Source of the DNA: Ferrimicrobium sp.
GTDB lineage: Bacteria > Actinomycetota > Acidimicrobiia > Acidimicrobiales > Acidimicrobiaceae
Assembly (NCBI RefSeq): GCF_027319265.1
Contig: NZ_DAHVNP010000049.1
Coordinates: 11,558 to 75,557 of the forward strand
DNA: 64,000 nt
Direction: 5' to 3'
Shown here piece after piece: positions 1 through 8,012 of this stretch (its first letter is position 1; each line of letters starts with the position of its first letter). The position numbers and the translations under genes are program-made. The notes beneath the pieces were generated by a model. It was not told where the DNA came from and made no database searches. It saw nothing but the letters and a program-made list of their open reading frames with translations.

Positions 1-1500
1 ACCCTTATCATCGATGGTGACCTTCTCATAGCGGTCCCTGAGCTCGTGAATCACCCGCAGCACCTCCTGCAATGATTCGCCCGTCCGCACAACCGAGGCG
101 TCGCGCATCATGGCCACTTGGAGCTCTCCTCGGATCGCGCCGACCTTCTCGCTACCGGTCGAGTTCATCATCATATCGATACGCTCTCGCGTCGGGTCGA
201 CGACCGATCGTGGAAGATCAGGGTGATCGACTCCCTGGACATACTCGACCATCGCTCGTCCGCCACGACGTCCAAAGACATTGATGTCAAGAAGAGAGTT
301 CGTGCCCAGCCGGTTTGCTCCATGGACCGAAACACAGGCACACTCGCCCGCCGCATAGAGTCCGGGGAGTACCGTATTGTCTCCATCGATCACCACCTCA
401 CCATGGATGTTGGTGGGGATACCACCCATCGCATAATGGGCCGTCGGCTGGATAGGAATCGGGTCAGTCTTTGGCTCAAGCCCAAGATAGGTCCTCACGA
501 AACCACTGATATCAGGGAGCTTCGCATCGATCTGTTCTGGTGGCAGATGGGTGAGATCGAGGTAGACGTAGTCCTTATCAGGGCCGGCCCCGCGTCCCTC
601 CTTAATCTCGGTATGAATGGCTCTTGCCACCATATCACGGGGAGCTAGGTCTTTGACCGTAGGAGCAACACGCTCCATAAAACGCTCCCCGAGGCCATTG
701 CGTAGGATCCCTCCTTCGCCTCGCGCGCCCTCCGTCAGGAGAATCCCGATGCCATAGATGCCGGTGGGGTGGAACTGATAGAACTCCATATCCTCTAACG
801 GGATACCGCGATGGAACAGAACTCCTGGGCCGTCGCCGGTAAGGGTATGGGCATTCGAGGTGATCTGGAAGATACGCCCGTAGCCACCGGTCGCGAAGAG
901 GACACCCTTGGAGATAAAGACGTGCAGATCGCCGGTTGCAAGCTCGTAGGCCACCACTCCAGCGGCACGACGCGAGGCGCCCTCGCCGTCAAAGAGCACA
1001 TCAAAGACTTGGAACTCATTGAAGAAGTTCACGTCAGCGGCGACACACTGCTGATAGAGTGTCTGCAAAATCATATGACCAGTTCGGTCAGCCGCATAAC
1101 AGGCCCTCCGAACCGGCGCTTCGCCGTGATTGCGCGTGTGCCCACCAAAACGGCGTTGGTCAATCCGACCCTCCGGAGTCCGGGAGAAGGGCAGGCCGAA
1201 GTGTTCCAGGTCGATCACGGCATCGATCGCCTCGCGACACATGATGTCGATGGCATCCTGATCGCCAAGGTAATCACCCCCCTTCACGGTATCGAAGGCG
1301 TGCCACTCCCAATAATCTTCCTCGACATTCGAGAGGGCCGCACACATGCCACCCTGCGCTGCTCCCGTATGGGAACGCGTGGGGTAGAGTTTGGTGATCA
1401 CCGCGGTGCGCACCTTGCCAGCCGTTTCCAGGGCGGCCCGAAGGCCAGCGCCACCGGCACCTACGATAACTGCGTCATAACTGTGGTAGTGAACGTTCAC
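1..1500 (-). CDS. sdhA: Succinate dehydrogenase/fumarate reductase flavoprotein subunit (first 500 codons; 3' end off-window)
   Basis: Absent from the ORF track because no stop lies in the window. Reverse-strand translation from GTG at 1500 reads [25 protein letters not shown]...[11 protein letters not shown]...EFYQFHPTG...[10 protein letters not shown]. These are the FAD fold and SdhA/FrdA signature motifs. The frame stays open to position 1. Confidence 0.9.
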   Translation of the reverse strand, partial: MNVHYHSYDAVIVGAGGAGLRAALETAGKVRTAVITKLYPTRSHTGAAQGGMCAALSNVEEDYWEWHAFDTVKGGDYLGDQDAIDIMCREAIDAVIDLEHFGLPFSRTPEGRIDQRRFGGHTRNHGEAPVRRACYAADRTGHMILQTLYQQCVAADVNFFNEFQVFDVLFDGEGASRRAAGVVAYELATGDLHVFISKGVLFATGGYGRIFQITSNAHTLTGDGPGVLFHRGIPLEDMEFYQFHPTGIYGIGILLTEGARGEGGILRNGLGERFMERVAPTVKDLAPRDMVARAIHTEIKEGRGAGPDKDYVYLDLTHLPPEQIDAKLPDISGFVRTYLGLEPKTDPIPIQPTAHYAMGGIPTNIHGEVVIDGDNTVLPGLYAAGECACVSVHGANRLGTNSLLDINVFGRRGGRAMVEYVQGVDHPDLPRSVVDPTRERIDMMMNSTGSEKVGAIRGELQVAMMRDASVVRTGESLQEVLRVIHELRDRYEKVTIDDKG

Positions 1501-1568
1501 ACCTAACAGTTTTGCATGAAATCTGCGAGTTCATGAAATTTCGCGCGATTTCCCTCTAGCATTTTCCT

Positions 1569-2954
1569 ATGGACTTCCCAACAAACCTCGGTGACCTGGT
1601 GGACAGTGGCTATAAGCCAAGAACCGTGCGAGAGGAGATCCGAGCGAACGTCTTTGCGAGGCTCCGGGCAAAGGCGCCAGTGATCGATGGATTATTTGGT
1701 TACCAGGACACCGTCCTGCCAGAGCTTGAGCGCGCACTTGTCATCGGACACGACATCATCTTCCTCGGTGAGCGGGGTCAAGGCAAGACCCGGATGATTC
1801 GAACGCTCTACGAACTGCTCGACGAATGGGTACCGGCGGTAGCGGGCTCTGCACTCAACGAGGATCCTCTCCGCCCGATCCTGCCAAGCACGAGAGATCG
1901 CCTCAAAGAAGAGGGGTCCAAAGCTCCGGTGACATGGATCAACAGAGCCGCACGCTTTAGCGAAAAGCTGGCCACCCCTGATACCACGATCGCCGACCTC
2001 ATCGGCGAGGTTGACCCCATCAAAGTCGCAGAAGGGCGGTACCTCGGTGACACCGACACGATTCACTACGGGCTTGTCCCGCGCACCAATCGGGGCATCT
2101 TTGCCATCAACGAGCTTCCCGATCTTCCAGAACGCATTCAAGTCGGCCTGCTGAACGCTCTTGAGGAACGCGACATTCAGATCCGCGGCTACAAGATCGC
2201 CCTCCCCCTTGACATCCTCTTCGTCGCGTCGGCCAACCCGGAGGATTACACGAGCCGTGGGCGATTGATTACCCCCCTGAAGGACCGCTTCGGCACCCAG
2301 ATCACAACGCACTACCCAGAGGTGGTCGAGGACGAGATCGCCATTATGACCAGTGAAGCCAGACTGCCATCCGATCTTGAGATCGTCTCGCCGCTACCGA
2401 TCCTGCTGATCATCGCCACCATGGCACAGCTTGCCAGACACCATTCGAGCATCTCGCAGCATTCAGGGGTCTCAGTTCGTGCATCGATCGCGGCCTATGA
2501 GGCGGTCACCGCAGCCGCACTCGTACGATCGATTCGCAATCAAGAGTCGCCAGCGGCGCTCCGAGTGACCGACCTTGAGGCCGCCCTTCCAGCTTTTGTC
2601 GGGAAGATCGAGGTGGAGTCGCTCGACCCTCGGGAAGGCATCAAAATCGGCGCTGCCCTCCTGCGCCAAGCGATAGGCGCCGTGTTCACCCAATGCTACG
2701 GGAGCCAGGATGCGACTGCATTGGTCGAAGAGGTGAATCGATCACCACTCCAGATCGAAGCTGATCAGTCAGCCACTGCGTACCAGGCCCTACTGGCCAG
2801 CTATCCAGAACTCCTCGCCTTCGTCGGGTCCTCACCGACGAGCGAAGAACTCCCTTGCTATGTCGACCTTGTCCTTGAAGGTCTCGTCGCGATGAGACGG
2901 CTCTCGCGCCACACCTCCATTGACCGCACTACCTTCGGGTCGAGCCGTGCCTAA
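1569..2954 (+). CDS. AAA+ ATPase, BchI/ChlI (Mg-chelatase)-like family
   Basis: 461 aa. Walker A is FLGERGQGKT. Walker B-like is GIFAINELPDL, followed by LLNALEERD and an arginine-finger region. It overlaps the downstream VWA gene. Confidence 0.8.
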   Translation: MDFPTNLGDLVDSGYKPRTVREEIRANVFARLRAKAPVIDGLFGYQDTVLPELERALVIGHDIIFLGERGQGKTRMIRTLYELLDEWVPAVAGSALNEDPLRPILPSTRDRLKEEGSKAPVTWINRAARFSEKLATPDTTIADLIGEVDPIKVAEGRYLGDTDTIHYGLVPRTNRGIFAINELPDLPERIQVGLLNALEERDIQIRGYKIALPLDILFVASANPEDYTSRGRLITPLKDRFGTQITTHYPEVVEDEIAIMTSEARLPSDLEIVSPLPILLIIATMAQLARHHSSISQHSGVSVRASIAAYEAVTAAALVRSIRNQESPAALRVTDLEAALPAFVGKIEVESLDPREGIKIGAALLRQAIGAVFTQCYGSQDATALVEEVNRSPLQIEADQSATAYQALLASYPELLAFVGSSPTSEELPCYVDLVLEGLVAMRRLSRHTSIDRTTFGSSRA

Positions 2955-4899
2955 GCGTTATCGCTATCATGACTATGATCCCGCGCTCGACACGACGACC
3001 CAAGCCGATGAGATTCTGGATGCACTCGCCGACTCACTCACCTACCACGGCAATGTCTCTGAGGCGCTCCGGGAGTTGCTCGCACAGGGTTTTGGAGCGA
3101 CACCGGGACTCGCAGAATTGCTGGAACGACTGCGAAGGCGTCGAGATGAGCTGCTTGCCCATTACGATCCCAACGGTCTCGTTGCGCAACTCAACACCGA
3201 ACTCGATGCCATCATCAGCCAAGAACATACCACGCGTTCCGAGGCGTATGCTGCCACCGGTGACGAACAGCATCTCCTCTCGGGGCTTGAGCTCGATGCG
3301 CTCCCAGCGGGGCTCGGCGATCGCATCCGAGAACTGACCAACTACGAATTCCTTGATGAAAGGGCCAAGGAGCGTTTTGGTGACCTCGTCGAATCGCTCA
3401 GGTCCTCCATCCTGCGCGAACAGGTACAGCAACTGCGAGATGCGCTCACCACTGCCGATCCCGAGATGACGGCACAGATGATGAACGAGTTGGCGGAGCT
3501 GATAGAGCGCTTTCGCAACGGCGACGACGTCGAGGCCGACTTCACCAATTTTAAACAACAATACCCAGGTATAGCCGGTGATGACGAGGGGTTTGAAGAC
3601 TTCTTGGCACGACTGGTGGAATCAGCAAGGTTGACGCAGTCTCTCCTGGGCTCGATGGATGCGGCGACCCGTGCAGAGCTCATGGACCTCATGTCCGCCC
3701 TCTCGGAGTCACCTCAGCTCGGCCAAGCGATGTCACGTCTTGGCTCCGCCCTTGGCTCCTGGACGAATGCCGACGCAGCGGGTTATGGCTTTCACGGGGA
3801 AGTTCCTCTTGGCCTTGGGGAGCTTGAGGAGGTCATGAGCACGCTTGGTCAACTCGACGAGCTCGAAGGTGCCCTGAAACAGGCCTCAAGCCCCGAGCGA
3901 CTCTCTGAACTCGATAGCGCCCAACTTGAGGAGTTACTCGGTTCCGATGCTGCCGACGCCGTCAGTCGCCTCAAACAACTCGCTGACCAACTCAGTGACG
4001 CCGGGTTGATCAACCGCGATGGTGGAAAACTCGAGCTCACCGGCAACGCCATCAACAAGCTCGGCGACATCATCCTCCATCGGCTCTTTCCCGCGGGACA
4101 GGCGCGCCTCCTTGGCAATCATGAGTCACGACGGATCGGCCATCAGGGCACGGATCTGAGCGGCGAGACAAAGCCCTACGAATTTGGAGACCCGTTCCGA
4201 CTCGCGCTACGCGATACCTTGACGAATGCCCTTTCACGGCAGGGTGGCGGAACCCCTCTGCAACTCGCTCCCGAGGACTTCACCGTCGAACTGACGGAGG
4301 AGCGGACACGTGCCGCCACCATGCTAGCGCTCGATCTGTCGCTCTCCATGCCATTGAACGACACCTTTCTCCCCGCCAAACAGGTCGCGCTCGCACTCTC
4401 TAACCTGATCCACTCCCGCTATCCACGGGACTACCTCGGTTATGTCGTCTTTTCCGAGGTGGCACGCGAGGTCGATCTTGCTCACCTGCCTAGCGCACAG
4501 TGGGACTACGTCTACGGCACCAACATCGAGCACGCACTACTCCTGTGCCGTGCACGATTACGACATCAACCAGGGTACCGACAGATCTTGTTGGTGACCG
4601 ATGGAGAGCCAACCGCGCACATCGATCCTGATAGCCATGAGGTGTTCTTCGCATACCCACCTTCACCCGAGACGATCCAACGGACACTCGCTGAGGTCCT
4701 GCGGTGCACTCGAGAGGGGATCACAATCAATCTTTTCATTCTCAACCCAGATACCGGATTACGCAGCTTCGTCAACGATGTCCTAGCCATCAATCATGGA
4801 CAGGCGTTTTACTCCTCAGGGACCACGCTCGGCTCGACGCTCGTGCAGGAGTACGTCGATGACAGAGTGAAACGAGCCAGTCGTCGCCCTTCTGCGTGA
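2920..4899 (+). CDS. von Willebrand factor A (VWA) domain protein with long acidic helical N-terminal region
   Basis: 659 aa. The C-terminal VWA domain has MIDAS DxSxS (ALDLSLSM) and LLVTDGEPTAH. The start is either TTG 2920 or GTG 2947; the latter overlaps the upstream stop as GTGCCTAA. Confidence 0.8.
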   Translation: MTALPSGRAVPKRYRYHDYDPALDTTTQADEILDALADSLTYHGNVSEALRELLAQGFGATPGLAELLERLRRRRDELLAHYDPNGLVAQLNTELDAIISQEHTTRSEAYAATGDEQHLLSGLELDALPAGLGDRIRELTNYEFLDERAKERFGDLVESLRSSILREQVQQLRDALTTADPEMTAQMMNELAELIERFRNGDDVEADFTNFKQQYPGIAGDDEGFEDFLARLVESARLTQSLLGSMDAATRAELMDLMSALSESPQLGQAMSRLGSALGSWTNADAAGYGFHGEVPLGLGELEEVMSTLGQLDELEGALKQASSPERLSELDSAQLEELLGSDAADAVSRLKQLADQLSDAGLINRDGGKLELTGNAINKLGDIILHRLFPAGQARLLGNHESRRIGHQGTDLSGETKPYEFGDPFRLALRDTLTNALSRQGGGTPLQLAPEDFTVELTEERTRAATMLALDLSLSMPLNDTFLPAKQVALALSNLIHSRYPRDYLGYVVFSEVAREVDLAHLPSAQWDYVYGTNIEHALLLCRARLRHQPGYRQILLVTDGEPTAHIDPDSHEVFFAYPPSPETIQRTLAEVLRCTREGITINLFILNPDTGLRSFVNDVLAINHGQAFYSSGTTLGSTLVQEYVDDRVKRASRRPSA

Positions 4900-4986
4900 C
4901 AGCACGATACCCCGTCCTCGCACCGGAGGACTTCTGAATGGCTCGAATGGTCGGGGGTACACAAAGCCTGCTAGCCTCAGAGACAA

Positions 4987-5886
4987 ATGCAGATGATCCT
5001 CACCGAGCCTCCTTCGGGGAAGCAGTATCACCTGGCCTCCGAGGGGTACCACGCCGTCATTGTCGAAGTCGGTGGCGGTATCCGGTTCTTTGAACACCAT
5101 GATCGGCCAGTCCTAGAATCCTATGATGAGAGTGCCATCTGTGACGGTGCTCATGGGGCACATCTCTTGCCATGGCCAAACCGCGTACTCGGTGGAAGGT
5201 ATCGATTCAACGACCAGGAGTACCTGTTACCCTTAACTGAGGTCGAAGCCGGCAACGCGATACATGGTCTCCTACGTTGGCACGCCTTCGACGCCACACG
5301 ACTCACACGGAGTTCTGCAACGTTGCAGACAACCCTGCACCCTGCGCCGTGGTATCCATTCCGTCTCTTCGTCCAATTGCATTACCAACTGTCGACCGAA
5401 GGACTCACGATCACCACCGAGGTGTCCAATCGTAGCTCCGAAGCCGCCCCATTTGCTCTCGGCCATCATCCCTACCTCTCTCCGGGCAGAGACCAGATCA
5501 TCGATCGAGCGATCTTCTCAGCCACAGCCTCAAGCATCGAGAGTCTTGCCAACGATGAAGATGGCTCCACTGCAAATCTTGCGCTACCACGGCCCATTGG
5601 GGGGCGTGTTCTCGACACGACCTTCGCTGTTCACGCAACCGATCGTTCTGCAAGTTGGGCGCGTCTCCAGGGGACTGACGGTCGCACTGTCGAGCTTTGG
5701 GCAGACCAAAGCTATCGCTACCTCCAAGTCTTTACTGGCGATACACTACCGAGTTGGCGCCGTCGTCGAGCACTAGCGGTCGAACCGATGACCGCGCCAC
5801 CCAACGCACTACAGAGCGGCCAGGATCTGCTAATCCTTGAACCGAAAGAGACACGTACAACACAATGGGGAGTTCAACTGCAATGA
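4987..5886 (+). CDS. Aldose 1-epimerase (galactose mutarotase-like) family protein
   Basis: 299 aa with LLPWPNR, AIHGLLRW and ALGHHPYL motifs typical of the mutarotase fold. It lies directly upstream of zwf. Confidence 0.8.
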   Translation: MQMILTEPPSGKQYHLASEGYHAVIVEVGGGIRFFEHHDRPVLESYDESAICDGAHGAHLLPWPNRVLGGRYRFNDQEYLLPLTEVEAGNAIHGLLRWHAFDATRLTRSSATLQTTLHPAPWYPFRLFVQLHYQLSTEGLTITTEVSNRSSEAAPFALGHHPYLSPGRDQIIDRAIFSATASSIESLANDEDGSTANLALPRPIGGRVLDTTFAVHATDRSASWARLQGTDGRTVELWADQSYRYLQVFTGDTLPSWRRRRALAVEPMTAPPNALQSGQDLLILEPKETRTTQWGVQLQ

Positions 5887-7301
5887 CCACGACACCTACA
5901 ACCACAGGCGGACACGACGACGATCAATCGGTGGAGGTCTTCGTCATCTTCGGCATCAGCGGTGACCTCGCCAAGAAGATGACGTTCCCATCGCTCTATC
6001 GCCTCGAAGAGAGCGACAAGCTCACCTGTCCCATCATCGGTGTCGCCATGGACGACTGGACCACCGACGGACTCATCAAACACATGCGAAGCTCGATTGC
6101 CAGCACCATCAAGGATCCTGACACCAAGGTGATCGACCGACTCGCGAACCGACTGCAGTATCTGCGAGGAGACTTCACCTCGGATAGCACCTACCATGCA
6201 CTCGCTCAGCTGATGGGCTCTGCCCAGCGCAAGCTTTATTACCTTGAAATTCCTCCCGTTCTCTTTGCGCCAGTCGTCGAGGCGGTGGCAAAGAATGGGC
6301 TGGCCAAAGATGCCTTTTTCCTGATCGAAAAGCCATTTGGCCATGATCTCGCCTCGGCGAAGGAGCTCAATGACCGCCTGCATGCTGTCATCGATGAGCA
6401 ACAAATCTTGCGGATTGACCATTTCCTTGGCAAACAACCGGTGCTCGACCTGTTCTATTTGCGATTCGCCAACTCGCTACTTGAGCCTCTCTGGAACCGC
6501 GATCACGTCTCTGCCATTCAAGTCAACATGACCGAGGACTTTGGAGTAGAGGATCGGGGTGCCTTCTACGACCCGGTTGGTGCCCTTCGCGATGTGGTCC
6601 AAAACCATCTACTGCAGGTCCTCGCGCTCGTGCTGATGGAGGCCCCGAGCCAGGTGGGTGATCGTGCCCTCTGGGACAAGAAAGCCGACGTCTTTCGCGC
6701 GATGGCGACGGTTGACCCTTCGCAGGTGATTCGTGGTCAGTATCAGGGATATCAGGACGTGCCGGGGGTCCAACCGGGATCAAAGACGGAGACCTTCGTC
6801 GCACTTCGCCTGAGTGTGAACAACTGGCGATGGGAGGGCGTGCCGATCTTTCTCCGCGCCGGCAAAGCGCTCAAAGCCACCGCAACCGAGGTCCGGCTCA
6901 TCTTCCGCCATCCGCCAAAACTCAATTCGCTTGAATTGCCGACCCATGTCGCACCAAACCAGGTCATTCTCAGGATCGATCCTGAACCAGGGTTGCGGAT
7001 GACCCTCTTCTCGAAAGCAGCCGATAGCACCGGTTCTGAGGAGGTCCATCTTGATCTGCCCTTCGCCAAAGAATTGGGACGTGCTCCCGAGCCTTACCAG
7101 TTGCTGATCAGCCATGCACTCGAGGGCAATCATTCACTCTTTACTCGCGAGGATGTCGTCGAAGAGACCTGGAGAATCCTCGATCCACTGGTCCATAGCA
7201 CCACGAAACCGAAGACCTATGCGCGCGGCACATGGGGACCAGACTCCGCAGTTGATGTCGTTCGAGGTCATCTCGCATGGCAGGTTCCTTGGACCGATTG
7301 A
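5883..7301 (+). CDS. zwf: Glucose-6-phosphate 1-dehydrogenase
   Basis: FGISGDLAKK NADP site, RIDHFLGKQ active-site motif and EKPFGHD. I prefer ATG 5883 (ATGA overlap with the upstream stop) over the track start 5865. Confidence 0.92.
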   Translation: MTTTPTTTGGHDDDQSVEVFVIFGISGDLAKKMTFPSLYRLEESDKLTCPIIGVAMDDWTTDGLIKHMRSSIASTIKDPDTKVIDRLANRLQYLRGDFTSDSTYHALAQLMGSAQRKLYYLEIPPVLFAPVVEAVAKNGLAKDAFFLIEKPFGHDLASAKELNDRLHAVIDEQQILRIDHFLGKQPVLDLFYLRFANSLLEPLWNRDHVSAIQVNMTEDFGVEDRGAFYDPVGALRDVVQNHLLQVLALVLMEAPSQVGDRALWDKKADVFRAMATVDPSQVIRGQYQGYQDVPGVQPGSKTETFVALRLSVNNWRWEGVPIFLRAGKALKATATEVRLIFRHPPKLNSLELPTHVAPNQVILRIDPEPGLRMTLFSKAADSTGSEEVHLDLPFAKELGRAPEPYQLLISHALEGNHSLFTREDVVEETWRILDPLVHSTTKPKTYARGTWGPDSAVDVVRGHLAWQVPWTD

Positions 7302-7348
7302 CCGCAAAGGCTGCAACGCGGATGCTCCTCGACCCAGGAAGTTAGGAG

Positions 7349-7534
7349 GTGCCGATGGCACACGACGAGAACGACCCAGTTGACCCTGTCGGCGACCCTG
7401 CGTGCTGGCTCTCTCGCGTCTGCCCCGCCTGCGGAGCAATCGCCTCTGAAAGTCAAATCGATCACTGTCGAATGCCGAATCCCGCACCAGCAGATTGTAT
7501 GAGGCTCGTACCCGATGACAGAATCCGTCGATGA
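7349..7534 (+). CDS. Small hypothetical Cys-rich protein (possible zinc ribbon)
   Basis: 61 aa with ACWLSRVCPACG. There is no other support, and it overlaps the probable DUF488 start by 20 nt. Confidence 0.3.
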   Translation: MPMAHDENDPVDPVGDPACWLSRVCPACGAIASESQIDHCRMPNPAPADCMRLVPDDRIRR

Positions 7535-7916
7535 GCTGACGATCTCTGCCAATATCGTCGTCCAGCGGATCTAAGCTGCGCCGTCGCTACGCCCAGGTTA
7601 CCGAGTCCTTGTGGATCGTCTTTGGCCTCGCGGTATCTCCAAGGAGGCACGCTCTTGGGACCGATGGGAGAAGGAACTGGCACCGAGCACGCCGCTTCGA
7701 CGGTGGTATCGCCATGTGCCCGAGAGGTTCGAAGCTTTTAGCGAACAGTACCAACAAGAACTGCTGCTACCGGAGCGACAGACTACCCTCAACAACCTGG
7801 CTGCCCATGCGCAAAGCGATGGTATCCTCATCCTCTTGACGGCAACACGCGATCTTGCGCACTCCGCCGCACTCGTTCTCGCCTGCACGCTTGCACAGAG
7901 CGGCTGCTCGGAGTAG
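7515..7916 (+). pseudogene. DUF488 family protein interrupted by an in-frame TAA at 7572-7574
   Basis: The frame reads MTESVDELTISANIVVQRI*AAPSLRPGYRVLVDRLWPRGISKE...LAPSTPLRRWY...ERFEAFSEQY. The stop occupies the position where the family normally has Tyr (K/R-R-I/V-Y). The track ORF restarts at GTG 7611. Confidence 0.55.
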
Positions 7917-7955
7917 GACGACAAGGATCATGGCGCGATGCGAGGGCAGCGCAAT

Positions 7956-8012
7956 GCAAGGCCAGCCCGATGCAAAGCCAGCCCGGTGCAAAGCCAGCCC
8001 GGTGCAAAGGCT
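7956..8012. repeat. 16-bp tandem repeat, about 3.5 copies (GCAAAGCCAGCCCGGT)
   Basis: The copies are gcaaggccagcccgat, gcaaagccagcccggt, gcaaagccagcccggt and gcaaaggc. They lie in the convergent gap between DUF488 and valS, abutting the valS stop codon. Confidence 0.85.

Noticed and set aside
811-1506. 231-aa plus-strand ORF (and 118..648 +)
   Set aside because: It lies antisense to, and entirely inside, the strongly supported sdhA reading frame. The composition is typical of shadow ORFs in GC-rich DNA.
7956-8012. Possible CRISPR array
   Set aside because: The 16-bp units are directly adjacent with no spacers. There are only 3.5 copies and no cas genes, so this is a simple tandem repeat.
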